A stretch of DNA of 33,779 nt from Macrostomum lignano (lineage: Eukaryota): contig NIVC01001951.1 of the NCBI GenBank assembly GCA_002269645.1, forward strand, positions 1 to 33,779, written 5' to 3'. Both the position numbers and the translations under genes were made by a program. Under the pieces are notes generated by a model. It was not told where the DNA came from and searched no databases. It worked only from the letters and a program-made list of their open reading frames with translations. Below are positions 10,910 to 21,000 of the stretch, in pieces; positions within the stretch are counted from its first letter, which is position 1, and each line of letters opens with the position of its first letter.

Positions 10910-11443
10910 GATCCGGCAGGCGAGCCCCGCGGCGCCCCGGCCGAGAATTTGAAACCGAGAGAGACCGAGGACACCGCAGGACGCACCCCCGGCAGACGAT
11001 GAGTGAAGAGAGTCGAGACGATCCGGCAGGCGAGCCCCGCGGCGCCCCGGCCGAGAATTTGAAACCGAGAGAGACCGAGGACACCGCAGGACGCACCCCC
11101 AGGAGACGATGAGTGAAGAGAGTCGAGACGATCCGGCAGGCGAGCCCCGCGGCGCCCCGGCCGAGAATTTGAAACCGAGAGAGACCGAGGACACCGCAGG
11201 ACGCACCCCCGGCAGACGATGAGTGAAGAGAGTCGAGACGATCCGGCAGGCGAGCCCCGCGGCGCCCCGGCCGAGAATTTGAAACCGAGAGAGACCGAGG
11301 ACACCGCAGGACGCACCCCCAGGAGACGATGAGTGAAGAGAGTCGAGACGATCCGGCAGGCGAGCCCCGCGGCGCCCCGGCCGAGAATTTGAAACCGAGA
11401 GAGACCGAGGACACCGCAGGACGCACCCCCGGCAGACGATGAG
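10910..11443. repeat. 110-bp tandem array in TRIM internal region 2
   Basis: Copy of the 9531-10064 array at offset 1379. Confidence 0.95.
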
Positions 11444-11981
11444 CGACGACTACATGTAGATGAAGGAGCACCGGCAGACAGTCGAGACGAGATGAGATGG
11501 GATGAGACTGCTCCGGCCGACAGTTGACGAGATGGGAGGGCGCAGTCGACGAACGATGAGACGAGGAGACTGGTGGAGGGCTACGACGATGGCATGGCCT
11601 TTGCCAGCCTTACTGAATTGACTTATAAGGACTAAATTATTTTACATTGGGTGCCATACTAGAAAAAATACTTAACTAAAGACTACAGACTATTTAATTG
11701 GAGTTAAATTGAAGGAGCAGGAGGAGCAGTAAGTGGGCGCAGGGCCCAAACCGATATATTTATAGAACATTTAACTTTGGGGGGTTGAGCCCAGAATAAT
11801 AAAAAGAGGGGGTGGAGTGCGCGACTGAGGAAAGAGGCGAGAACGGAGAGCCAATCAGAACGCAGCAAGGGAGAGAGAGATAAGAATAACAAGATTGAGC
11901 TAGACAGAGAGAGAGAAAACGGAGTAAACAGAGACAAGTGAAGGTGAACTAAGAAATGAATAGGAAAGTCGCGACAGGGAT

Positions 11982-12956
11982 CTACTGCTGGAAAGCGTTG
12001 CCTCCGACGCTTCCGTCTACTCCGTTTCCCGAATTCTGCTGCTGAGGGTAATGCGGCTGCGGCTGCATTTGCTTGCTGTGGGTACATCGGCTGCTGATAC
12101 TGCGGCTGCTAATACTGCATCTGCTGCTGAGCCGGGTACCTAAGCTGGTTCTGAGGATATGGCTGTCTGCAATTCTTATCTATGTGACCTAGCTTGCCAC
12201 ACCGGTTGCACTTAACTGGGGTACGCCTCTGCTGATTCTGGCCTTGCTGCGGCTGACCTGACGGCTGCTGCTGCTTTACCTTTTGCTCAACACTCTGGTA
12301 GTGTCGGAGTAACTTCCGAAGCACCTTCTGCTGGTTTTCTAGCGCCTCACCCTGTTTGCGGACTAATTCCTTCAAGCTATTCTTAGCTTCTTCTCCTCCA
12401 GTTGCCTTACACTGCTGCGGGTCTCTACCTCGGCGAGACATGGCGTACGCCATTTCGATACGTCGCAAGACTCGACGTGTCTCTTAAAGCGAGTTCGCCT
12501 GAGCTAGCAGTAACTTCTCTCTAGTCTCTGGGGCGACCCTAACACCTCTAATAAATTGTTCCACCACCTCTTCCTGTCTCTGATCGTTAGTTAGATGGGG
12601 AAACGCCCTGCATGCTAGCTCTGTCAGCTTTTCAGCGTAGTCATCAGTGCTTTCGGTTTTACACTGGAACCTACTACGGAACTCTTTCCTAGCTTCTTGA
12701 GCACTACCTACATGCGTGAATCGCTCAATCAGTCTATCCTTAAATTCTGCGTATGGAAGATTAGGGTCTAAATTTAGCCTTGTCACGATAGCGAACGCTG
12801 ACTGACCCCATCTAGGTTAGACAGTAGCTCATTCTTCCATTCAGCTGTTGGTATCTCATCTGCGATACACCTCTGCTCAAAAGCCTGAATCCATACGCCT
12901 ATATCCTGATTAGGCGTGTACTTTTGGATCTTAATGTGTCCATCATTAGCTTCCAT
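11982..12956 (-). pseudogene. gag: Gypsy gag, disrupted
   Basis: ATG at 12956 (MEANDGHIKIQKYTPNQD), a capsid-like segment (FKDRLIERF...Q...ESTDDYAEKL), CNRCGKLGHIDKNC and a Q/P-rich tail. Contains a premature TAG at 12109 and frameshifts. Confidence 0.88.
12024..12030 (-). promoter_or_regulatory. -1 ribosomal frameshift slippery heptamer G_GGA_AAC (gag-pol)
   Basis: The gag-like frame reads ...QQQNSGNGVDGSVGGNAFQQ* (TAG at 11982-11984). The -1 frame GGG AAA CGG stays open into the protease once the TRIM is removed. A stem-loop follows 9 nt downstream. Confidence 0.75.
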
Positions 12957-13384
12957 ATGAGTTTAATTTAGGTTGGATTTTGGAATTAACGCTTCTGGTT
13001 TAATAATTTCTGTCAGTAAATTGGCAAGACTCCAAATTTAGCTGCTAATTTGCCTTATGGTAAGACTTTAGTTAATAAAACAGCAGTGAATCTAGTTTTA
13101 TTACTTCCGCCTTACTTCTGGTCTAAATTGAGAGCTTACTAATCTTCTAGTGAAGAAACTAAGTTAAAATTCCTTTCAGGAGCGTTAATCCGTTCCTAAT
13201 CCGTTAATCCGTTAATCTAAGATTAGACTATCTTAGACCAACTGACCAAGTGCATTAAATATCTAATTTAGAACCTAATTAGTAAATTTGTGTTAGTTTT
13301 AGAGTTAATCCGTTAATCCTTTACTAATCCACTAATCCTTTCTCCATTCTAATGTATGCGCTTCTCGGGTATTCTAATCCTCTA

Positions 13385-13395
13385 CACTGCCACCA
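13385..13395 (-). promoter_or_regulatory. Primer-binding-site-like motif (tRNA-Leu type), copy 2
   Basis: TGGTGGCAGTG, compared with the recalled tRNA-Leu PBS TGGTGGCAGCGG. Confidence 0.55.
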
Positions 13396-13483
13396 ATTGG
13401 ACAAGCGTGGTACCTGCAGTCTAGGCTTACTGCTTTTGTCTACTTTAGAACTTACTGGATTTTCGGGGTATATTGGTAGATTT

Positions 13484-13494
13484 CGCTGCCACCA
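13484..13494 (-). promoter_or_regulatory. Primer-binding-site-like motif (tRNA-Leu type), copy 1
   Basis: TGGTGGCAGCG, 6 nt after ...GGAAAGCA. Confidence 0.65.
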
Positions 13495-13500
13495 GGATCC

Positions 13501-13605
13501 TGCTTTCCCTAATTCCTGTATTTAGAGTTGAAGAATTGAGTCAGGATACCAATGAGATTTCTAGTAACACAAGTTTTGTTTTAACGTACAAAACAGTTGG
13601 TTACA
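13501..13605 (-). mobile_element. Candidate short LTR-like segment between a PPT-like tract and the PBS
   Basis: Minus strand reads AAGGGGAATTAA|TGTAACC...GGGAAAGCA followed by the PBS. The termini resemble 2373-2532 but the interior does not. Confidence 0.35.
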
Positions 13606-14609
13606 TTAATTCCCCTTAATTCATATTTCCATTAATTGTGCTTGGGCAAGACTCCCGGTAATTCAGAGGCAAGACTCCTCTTGTGCAATTCCTATTTAGT
13701 TTCCCCTTTATTGCCCTTTTTCTTACCGAATTCCTTGTTGTTGTTGTTAAACGACGGTGCTAAGAAGGGGCACCTCGGTTCAGCCCGAGCTCGGGCTCTG
13801 CCGATGCATTATTGTTTTAAAATTATGAGTATGGGTATACGAAGTTAAAAATTCGATATATATTGATATTTACAATTTGAGGATTAAAATATTTTGCACT
13901 ATAAAATAGAGGGAATTCTAATAGAGAGGGGGGTCCTCACAAAGTTCTGGACCGTACGGTAAGGGGAATAGTGCAGACATTATTTGAGATACTAAGAGTT
14001 AAAACTGTTTGGCATTGATTGTGAATGAAAGATAAAAGGTATTTGAAAAATGTAAAAGACGCTACTAAAAGTAGCAGCCATTCGAGAAAATAATTTAGTA
14101 GGTACGCTCGTATAAGACGACATAAGACGAGTAAAAGCTATTATTTTTGGTGTATAAAAGTGGCAAAAGCCGGATAAAAGAAACGCATTGGGCCCGGATG
14201 TAGAGAAGCACGCGTGTATATTTTGGATTATGGAAATAAAACAGCAGTACTAAATATAAAAAGAAAAGCAATACGGCGGTGCGGCACAATTTAAAAGAAG
14301 GTGATCACAGGTAAGAGGTTCAAACCCCCAATTGGCAGCTGGTTTATAGGTCCCTCCCAAACCAGCCAAGCATTTGTCCGATTTTTTATATTTAGCAGCA
14401 AGTTTTGGGTATAAGTTTTATCTGCGCTGACACACGGCTATCAAAAAGGAGACAGGGGGAAGAAGGCAAGGAAGTAAAGCAAGCATTTTTTGTGGCTTTT
14501 TGAATATTGAAGATTGGGGAAAGACGAAGAGGACTTGGACATCAGAGAGGGGGGAAAGCCGATGGCTTAGCATGCGCAACCTAGTTTGGAGCCTACATAG
14601 GGGTCAGCT

Positions 14610-17476
14610 TTAGGGCGGGTTGTTGGCAATGCGGGCCGCCGCATTTGCTGCCGCTAACCTATTGGCATGCCTCCGTTTTAGGCTGTCCCACAAGAGGTTC
14701 AGCACTGGAAGACGATTTCAAGCCGCTCTAGGAAGCTCCGGCTCGATATGAAAGTCGTGGTGCCCAGCGGCCTTCACCTTGGACAGCCATCCTACGCGAA
14801 GGGCCCGGATCCTATCGGCCAGCATGGGGACAGCCGCAATCTCATGAAGGTAGGCCACCTGCGTGTAACTGGGGGCACCGTAGCATATCCTAAGGGCTAG
14901 GTTTTGGATTTTTGCAACTTGTTGAGGTTGCTAGGGGCGATGATGTTGAGTACGGGGGCGCCGTATGTCAGCACGCTCTCCACGTAGGCCCTATATAGCA
15001 TCTTTAGGGTATTGCTGCTTAGCCGGGTTAGCTTGGCAATGCGGTTAATCGACAAGGCAAGCGCCCGGCCATGGCTGACAACTCTTTCAATATGAGAATT
15101 CAGGGTCAGCCTGTAGTCCAGGTTCATACCGAGGAACCGGACTTCATCTTTGTATTCAAGGCTTGTGCCACCAAGGTTCAACTTGGGGCGCAGATCAAGC
15201 CGCCGGGTTGGCTTATAGTTGAACGCAATCGCCTGACTCTTGCCGGCATTGATCTTGATCCCCTGCCCCCACACCAGTTCCAAACCTGGTCAAGGTAGGG
15301 TTGCAGGAGCGTTTTGAGGCCAGCAAAAGAGTCCGCCGAGGACCAGATGGCCATATCGTCGGCGAATTGGCTGCGTTTAAGATTTGAATGTTGCGGCCGT
15401 GGCATGGTGCTGATAAAGAGCAGGTAGAGGAAGGGGCTCAGAATGCCGCCCTGCGGGACGCCCGCCTGCAACTCGTACGGCTGGCTGAGCGCCCCGTTGA
15501 CCTTCACCTGCATTAGCCTATCTGCTATGTAGTCAGAGCAGATCCTGACGAGGGCGTCCGGCGTGTCGACTTCATGCATCCTGAACCTTAGGAAGTCATA
15601 CCACACAGAGTCGAACGCCGCTTGTACGTCAAGGAGAATGGCCAGCAATCTTTTGAGTTTGGCTTTGCCCACCTGGACGTCCTGGACGAGGCGGACGAGG
15701 TTGTCATACGTCGAATGGAACCTTCCTGTAGGCGCACTGATCCGCACCGAGGATATCTTGGCCCTCAAGATGCTTCATCAGCCTCCTCACCAATAGCTTC
15801 TCGAAAACCTTGCCAAGGCAGGAGGTCAGGCTGATGGGCCGATAGGAACCCGGGGATTCAGGCGGTTTGTCCGGTTTGGGAATCATGGTGACCACTGCTT
15901 TCTTCCATTTCGATGGGAAGATGCCTGTCCGGTAACAGTCATTAAAGAGCTTGGTTATGCGAGTAACCGCAATGGGCTCCAGGCCATATTTCAGGACGCA
16001 GTTTGGCACCTTGTCCAGGCCCGGAGCGCTGTCTACCTTTAGATGGTCGAGCTCCAAGAGGTATCTGTAAAAGAGATAGTAGCCTCCAGGGGGTGGCCCA
16101 TGTGCGGTTCCGCGCTGGGTGGGACAGGTCTGAAGAGTGGGAGCTTCATAGTCTGCTCAACCTTCTTATTCAGCTCGTCATCCGTAGACGGGATCGGGCG
16201 CATTTTGGCATCTAAGGCTCTCGCAAGCATATCAGCCTTGTCAGAGTCTGTGTGTGCGAGGGTGGCGCCATCATTATTCAGGGACGGAATAGTGGTGCCC
16301 TTTTTGCGCCCCATTAATTTTTTTGTGTCCTGCCTGAAGTCCTTGACATTCCGACACTGACTTTTCTCAACTATTTTCTCGCACAATTGGGTAAATTGGC
16401 CCTGCTCAAACGAATGAATGGCGCTTTTTATTTCCTTCGCCTTCCTATTCGCGAGGAGCCTGAAGTTGTCGTCCCTGGTGCTATGGTACAGACGCCGGAG
16501 CTTTCTTCTCTCCTTGATCATAGCAATGATCCTCTGGGGAGGGCTCTACGGCTATTTCTGACCGGGACGTTTTCTTCAATAGTTTCCTGGATCGCGCCGG
16601 TGATGAAGTCGACCTCCGCATCAATTTGCTGCCTGGTTCTAAGGTCTGGAGGCCATGCGTCGATCATCTTTTCCATAAGGCTATTTTGGAACTCCTCCCA
16701 GTTGGCTTTAGCAAAATTTCGAGCCTTCTCTGGCCCTTGCCAGTCTGTGGAGTTGCTTGCCAAGGTAAGAATAATTGGAAGGTGGTCGCTATTCAGGTCG
16801 TCACCCACTTTGAAGTCCTGGATGTAGGGGAAAAGGTCACTGGAGGCCAGACCTAGGTCCAGCACATTCCGGGAGACCGTTCTTTGTCGATGGGCTATTC
16901 TGGTGAACTGACCTGGTTGGTTTAGAACGGTGGGACGATTTGCAGGGTCGCCGCAGAGCCAGTCATGAAGCTGTTGGCCAGCCATTTTATTGCGACTCTC
17001 GCCCCCCAAGAAATTGTGCCTGGCGTTGAGGTCACCCATAACAAGAGAGTATTTGGCCGAGGACAGCTGAGTCAAAAGACCGACATCAAGGTGGGGCTAT
17101 GGAGACCGATAGATCAAGGCCAGTTTGAAAGCAGGGCAAGCGCCGTCAAGAGGGGTGACTGTGCAGGTAAGAACCTCGTGGTTAATGTTGTCGTACTAGA
17201 GCTGGACATCAGCTACCTTAACCCGTGGGGTGTGTACGAGGAGGAGTCCGCGCTTCGTACTTGAAAGGTCAAACCGCACTGCAGCATAGCCCGGAAATGT
17301 GCATACTTAGGTATTTTTCAGGATGGTCTCAGAGAACAACGCAATATCTAATTTCTGGTCTGAGACCCAGAGCCTGAGTTCTTTTAATTTCGTATTATCC
17401 CCCTGCAGTTCAGGTGGGCGATCTTGAGCCCTGAGGCAGTGGGGTTAGAACTATCGTGCCCGTTATTACCGAACAT
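14610..17476 (-). pseudogene. LINE C ORF2 (APE endonuclease plus RT, no RNase H seen), multiple frameshifts
   Basis: KIAHLNCRG...LFSET, MGDLNA, SDHLPI, SAPGLD, YRPISL, LDVQAAFDSV, GVPQGGILSP and QFADD. Confidence 0.9.
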
Positions 17477-18022
17477 TATTAATTTATTTCATTCTAGGTC
17501 TGGCCATCCACCTGTCGCCGGGGGCGCCAAGCAGCTGACCGAGACCTTTGTGACCTTCCGACCCTCCTGCAAGGGCCCGGGCCAGAACCCTACCTACTAC
17601 ATCCTGCAGCGTTTGACCGGTGCCTTCAGTAGCAGGCGGCCGTTCGGCCTGGCTCGGCAAGAAGATCGTAAGCACCTCTACGAGCGCTTGAACTAGCTTA
17701 GGAAGGAGCCCACTCACCATTGCTTCCATGGCAGCGAGCATGTTAGGCAGCACGTCATTACTTGGCGGCGGATCACTTGGCAACTGCGTCTGGGTCACGG
17801 AGTCAACCGAGTCGCGCACAGGGCGCTTTCGACTAGGGAGGCCGGGGCCGGTTAGCCAGGACGAGTCGTCGTCGGTGCCCCCCGTTGCCGTTGACGCCCG
17901 TGCAGCGGTCTCGAATGGTCTAGGCGCAGTCACCGGAGCTGGTCGCGGTGCGGGGGGCGGGTGGCGCTGCTGCTGCTGCTGTTGTTGTTGTTGTTGTTTT
18001 GGTGGTACGCGCCCAGGCAGAG

Positions 18023-21000
18023 CTAAGGGCAGTGTCTGGCCAGCGCTATCAACCCGAGGGGGTCGGCGGAAATGCTGCTGATGTCTGTCGTGGGTCCTCC
18101 AAGAAGGCGGAGCCTGGTGCCGGCGAGAGCTGGGCAGTCAAGCCAGTGTTCCAGGTCATCGCAGGGATGGCCGCAGCGGTGACATGCTGGGTCGACGGCC
18201 GGGTCGACAATGCTGCGATACGCGTTGAAAAGAGTGCAGTGACCTGAGCGTAAGCGCGCAAGAAGCACCGCATCGGCACGGTTGGTGATGGAGTCCTCTT
18301 CCAATTGACGGTTGAGAAGCCGGTACGCGTGCCGGGTGCGCTCGTGGCGTATCGGGGGATCGAGGACGGATCTTCTGATGACGTTTTTGGCGCTGTGGAT
18401 GCTGATCTGACTAGCGGGAGACACGAGCGTGGTGGCCTCTTTGGCTGCTTGGTCGGCCAGCTCGTTGCCAGGAATATTCTGGTGGCCCGGAACCCACTGC
18501 CAGGTGATTTCGGCAGATGCAGTAGGTAGTGCAGATCTGATTCTGGGGTTGCCGCTGGCCAGAGCGCGGAGCATAGATTGGCTGTCTGAGCAGATGTTGG
18601 TAGCCGCGGTGAGAGCAGCTTGGTTGATCCAGCCGATGGCGAGAGAGGCGGCGCGAAGCTCCTCTTCGAACGAGGATGTGGAGGGCGCGCCGCGCTGTTG
18701 AAGAGTCGCCAGGATGATAGGGTGGGCTGGGTCACCGGTCGTGACGATGGCTGAGGCGCCGCCATTGGTCGTGCCGCCTGATGCCGAGCCGTCGCAGTAG
18801 ATGGTGATCAGGCCTGGGAGGTGGCGGATAGTGTCGATGGCCGTGGCAGTGCGCGCGGGACCGGGTTCCGGCAACGCCATGTCGACACGCACGTCGGTAG
18901 AGAAAGGGTCCCAAGGCGGCGGACGAGCAGTGCAGATCATGGCGCGCGGCGTGACCGAGCTAGCAATGAGTGGCAGCAGGTCGGTGACGTGGTTCCGCCA
19001 ACTGTTCCTGCGTAGCCTGTGCGCTGTGTTTCCAGTGGCGGCAATGCGGCACGGGTGAGAATCCGGGAGGCGCTGAGCTCTTTCGAAGGCCGTCAGGCAT
19101 ATAACATTGCTACCAGTGCGGACGGAGCAGATGCCAGCTTCCAGCCTAAGGGCCTCAACCGGAGTCGTGCGGTGTTGTCCTGTGACAATACGAAGGGCTG
19201 CGTTCTGCGCTCTCTCCAGCTGTTGAAACGCGGATTCAGAGAGCCAAGGGTGCCAGGCCGGCGCAGCGAAGTTAATGATGCTAAGTTGCATGGCACGGTA
19301 AATGCGGAGCAGGAGTTTTTTGGACCATCCCCATTCCTTGGAGGCCAGGCAGGCGAGGAGACGGCATCGGGAAGTGGTCCGATTGCACACGTGCTCCAGA
19401 TGACTGCGGAAACTCAGAGTGCGGTCCAGTGTGAGGCCCAGCAGCCGAGGCGTTGGATTGTGCCGCAGGTTCCGGCCTTCGATAGAGATAGCCGGGGACC
19501 AGGCGGCTTCGCTGGTGTCCGTGGAGAAAAAGGCGGCCTCGCTTTTGTCTGGGTTTAGGACCATTTTGTGCTCATTGCTCCAGCGGGCCACGTTGTCGAG
19601 TGCTCTTTGCACAGCGCGTTGAGCCTCGAGCTTGTTGCGGTGGCGGGCGCGGAGGGCGATGTCGTCGGCATACATGGAGATCTCTGCCGGCGGGTTGACC
19701 ACGTCATTGACCGTGTCAATGAAAATAAGGAAGAGAAACGGAGCGATGACCGATCCTTGCGGGAGGCCCTGGCGCATGATAACCGGTGAGCTGCGAGCAC
19801 CGTGGAGTTGCACGCGGGCAATGCGATGGCGCAAAAAGGCCGCAGTCCATTTGATAAAGACAAGAGGGACGCGTTTGCGTGCCATAACGGTGATGAGGCG
19901 CTCACGCCACACTTTGTCAAAGGCTTTACAAAAATCAAGCAGAGCAATGATCGTGCGTTCAGATGGTTTGAGGTTCATCCCGTCGCTGATGTCTTGGGTG
20001 ACTCTCAGGAGCTGATCCTCGCAGGAGTAGTTGGCCCGAAACCCCGCCTGGTTCGAGGAGATCCAGCCGTGGCGCTCAGCCAGGTGGTGCAATCTAGTGA
20101 CCAGGATGCGCTCGAGCAGCTTGACAATGCAGGATGTGAGGCTGATGGGGCGAAAGGCCGCGATGTCCCGAGCTGACTTTCCAGCCTTGAGCAGGGGAAT
20201 AATAATCGCGGTGCGCCAGGATTGAGCGACGGCCGCGTGCTGGAAGGACCAGTTGAAGAGACTAAGCAGCTCTGCGCGGGCGAGCGGGCCAAGGGCCTTA
20301 ATGAACCGAGGCGTGACCTCGTCGGCGCCAGCAGCGCCGTTAGCACGCTGGTGTTGGATGGCGGAGTCCAGTTCCTGCTCGGTGATGGCGGCGTAACCGT
20401 CGTGGGTCGAACCTGGGAGCGGAAGGGGAAGCCGAAGGATAGCTTTGGCTTCTCGGATAGTAGCGCGATCCGAATGGGAAATGTGGTACCTGCTGACAGA
20501 GGCGTACTGCTTGGCAAAGGCGTTGGCTTTGTCTCTAGGGTCTGTTAACACTTTGTTGCCGACCTGGAGGGCCTCATTAGGGCAGTTGGAGTCCGGAGTG
20601 CCGTTAAGGCTGCGGATGAACTTCCACGCCTTGTTCGAGTTGGGCTCTTTCTCAAGATCGGTTATCGTGTCACGCCAAGCAGCCTCTTTCGTTGCCCTGG
20701 CAATTTTGTGAACGTTGGCGCAGGCGCTGAGCCAATCTTCTCTATTCTCGCCAACGGAGCGCCTGAGGCGGTTACGGAGCTTAATCGCCGCTTTGAGTTC
20801 AGGGGTGAGCCAGGGACGCGGTCTGTGCGAGGTACGGACTTTGCCGATGCAAAGGTTTGCCGCTTGCATGACTATATCATTAAAGCGTTTGGCTCTGGCG
20901 TCAAAGGTAAGATGCTCTTTGTGAAGGGCTTTAAATTTGTCCTCGACGACCGTTTGGAAAGCATTCCAGTCGACCCCTTGTTTGCGCCATATGAGACGGC

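Larger units (their letters stand above)
8898..11976 (-). mobile_element. Tandem TRIM-like non-autonomous LTR element (LTR-internal-LTR-internal-LTR)
   Basis: TGT...ACA outer termini and 5-bp TSD GGGAT at 8893-8897 and 11977-11981. 319-bp LTRs at 8898-9216, 10279-10597 and 11658-11976; non-coding internals of about 1.06 kb. PBS TGGCACCCAATGT at 10265-10277 and 11644-11656; PPT GGGGG(G)AG at 9217-9224 and about 10598-10604. Confidence 0.9.
3869..12030 (-). pseudogene. pol: Gypsy pol (protease, RT, RNase H, integrase), interrupted
   Basis: LLDTGS (PR); KKDGSLRLVNDYRALN, LDLFSGYYQI and YLDD (RT); DTDASD, ELLAIV and NADALSR (RH); HDSPLAGH...CKSC (INT zinc domain) and integrase core at 4489-5220. 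Three insertions plus small indels. Confidence 0.93.
2373..13500 (-). mobile_element. Ty3/Gypsy LTR retrotransposon, decayed, with nested insertions and no matching 5' LTR
   Basis: PBS, gag with CCHC, pol in PR-RT-RH-INT order, extra ORF, PPT and LTR. Confidence 0.92.

Noticed and set aside
9531-11443. 110-bp arrays as CRISPR arrays or as hammerhead retrozyme repeats (ACGATGAG...CGAGAC)
   Set aside because: There are no unique spacers and the context is eukaryotic. The core deviates at C3/U4 and GAAA, and no stem II or stem III forms.
12620-12650. Minus-strand CTGATGA-N7-GAAA hammerhead-like core
   Set aside because: It lies in gag coding sequence (TDDYAEK), stem II cannot pair, and there are no flanking stems.
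13190-13345. (GTTAATCC)-like short repeats in the Gypsy leader
   Set aside because: Low-complexity leader sequence with no evidence of a specific function.
13895-14288. Possible 394-bp solo LTR with ATTT TSD, or ATTT as the TSD of the whole Gypsy (2369-2372 and 14289-14292)
   Set aside because: A 4-bp AT-rich match is expected by chance, and there is no homologous copy in the window.
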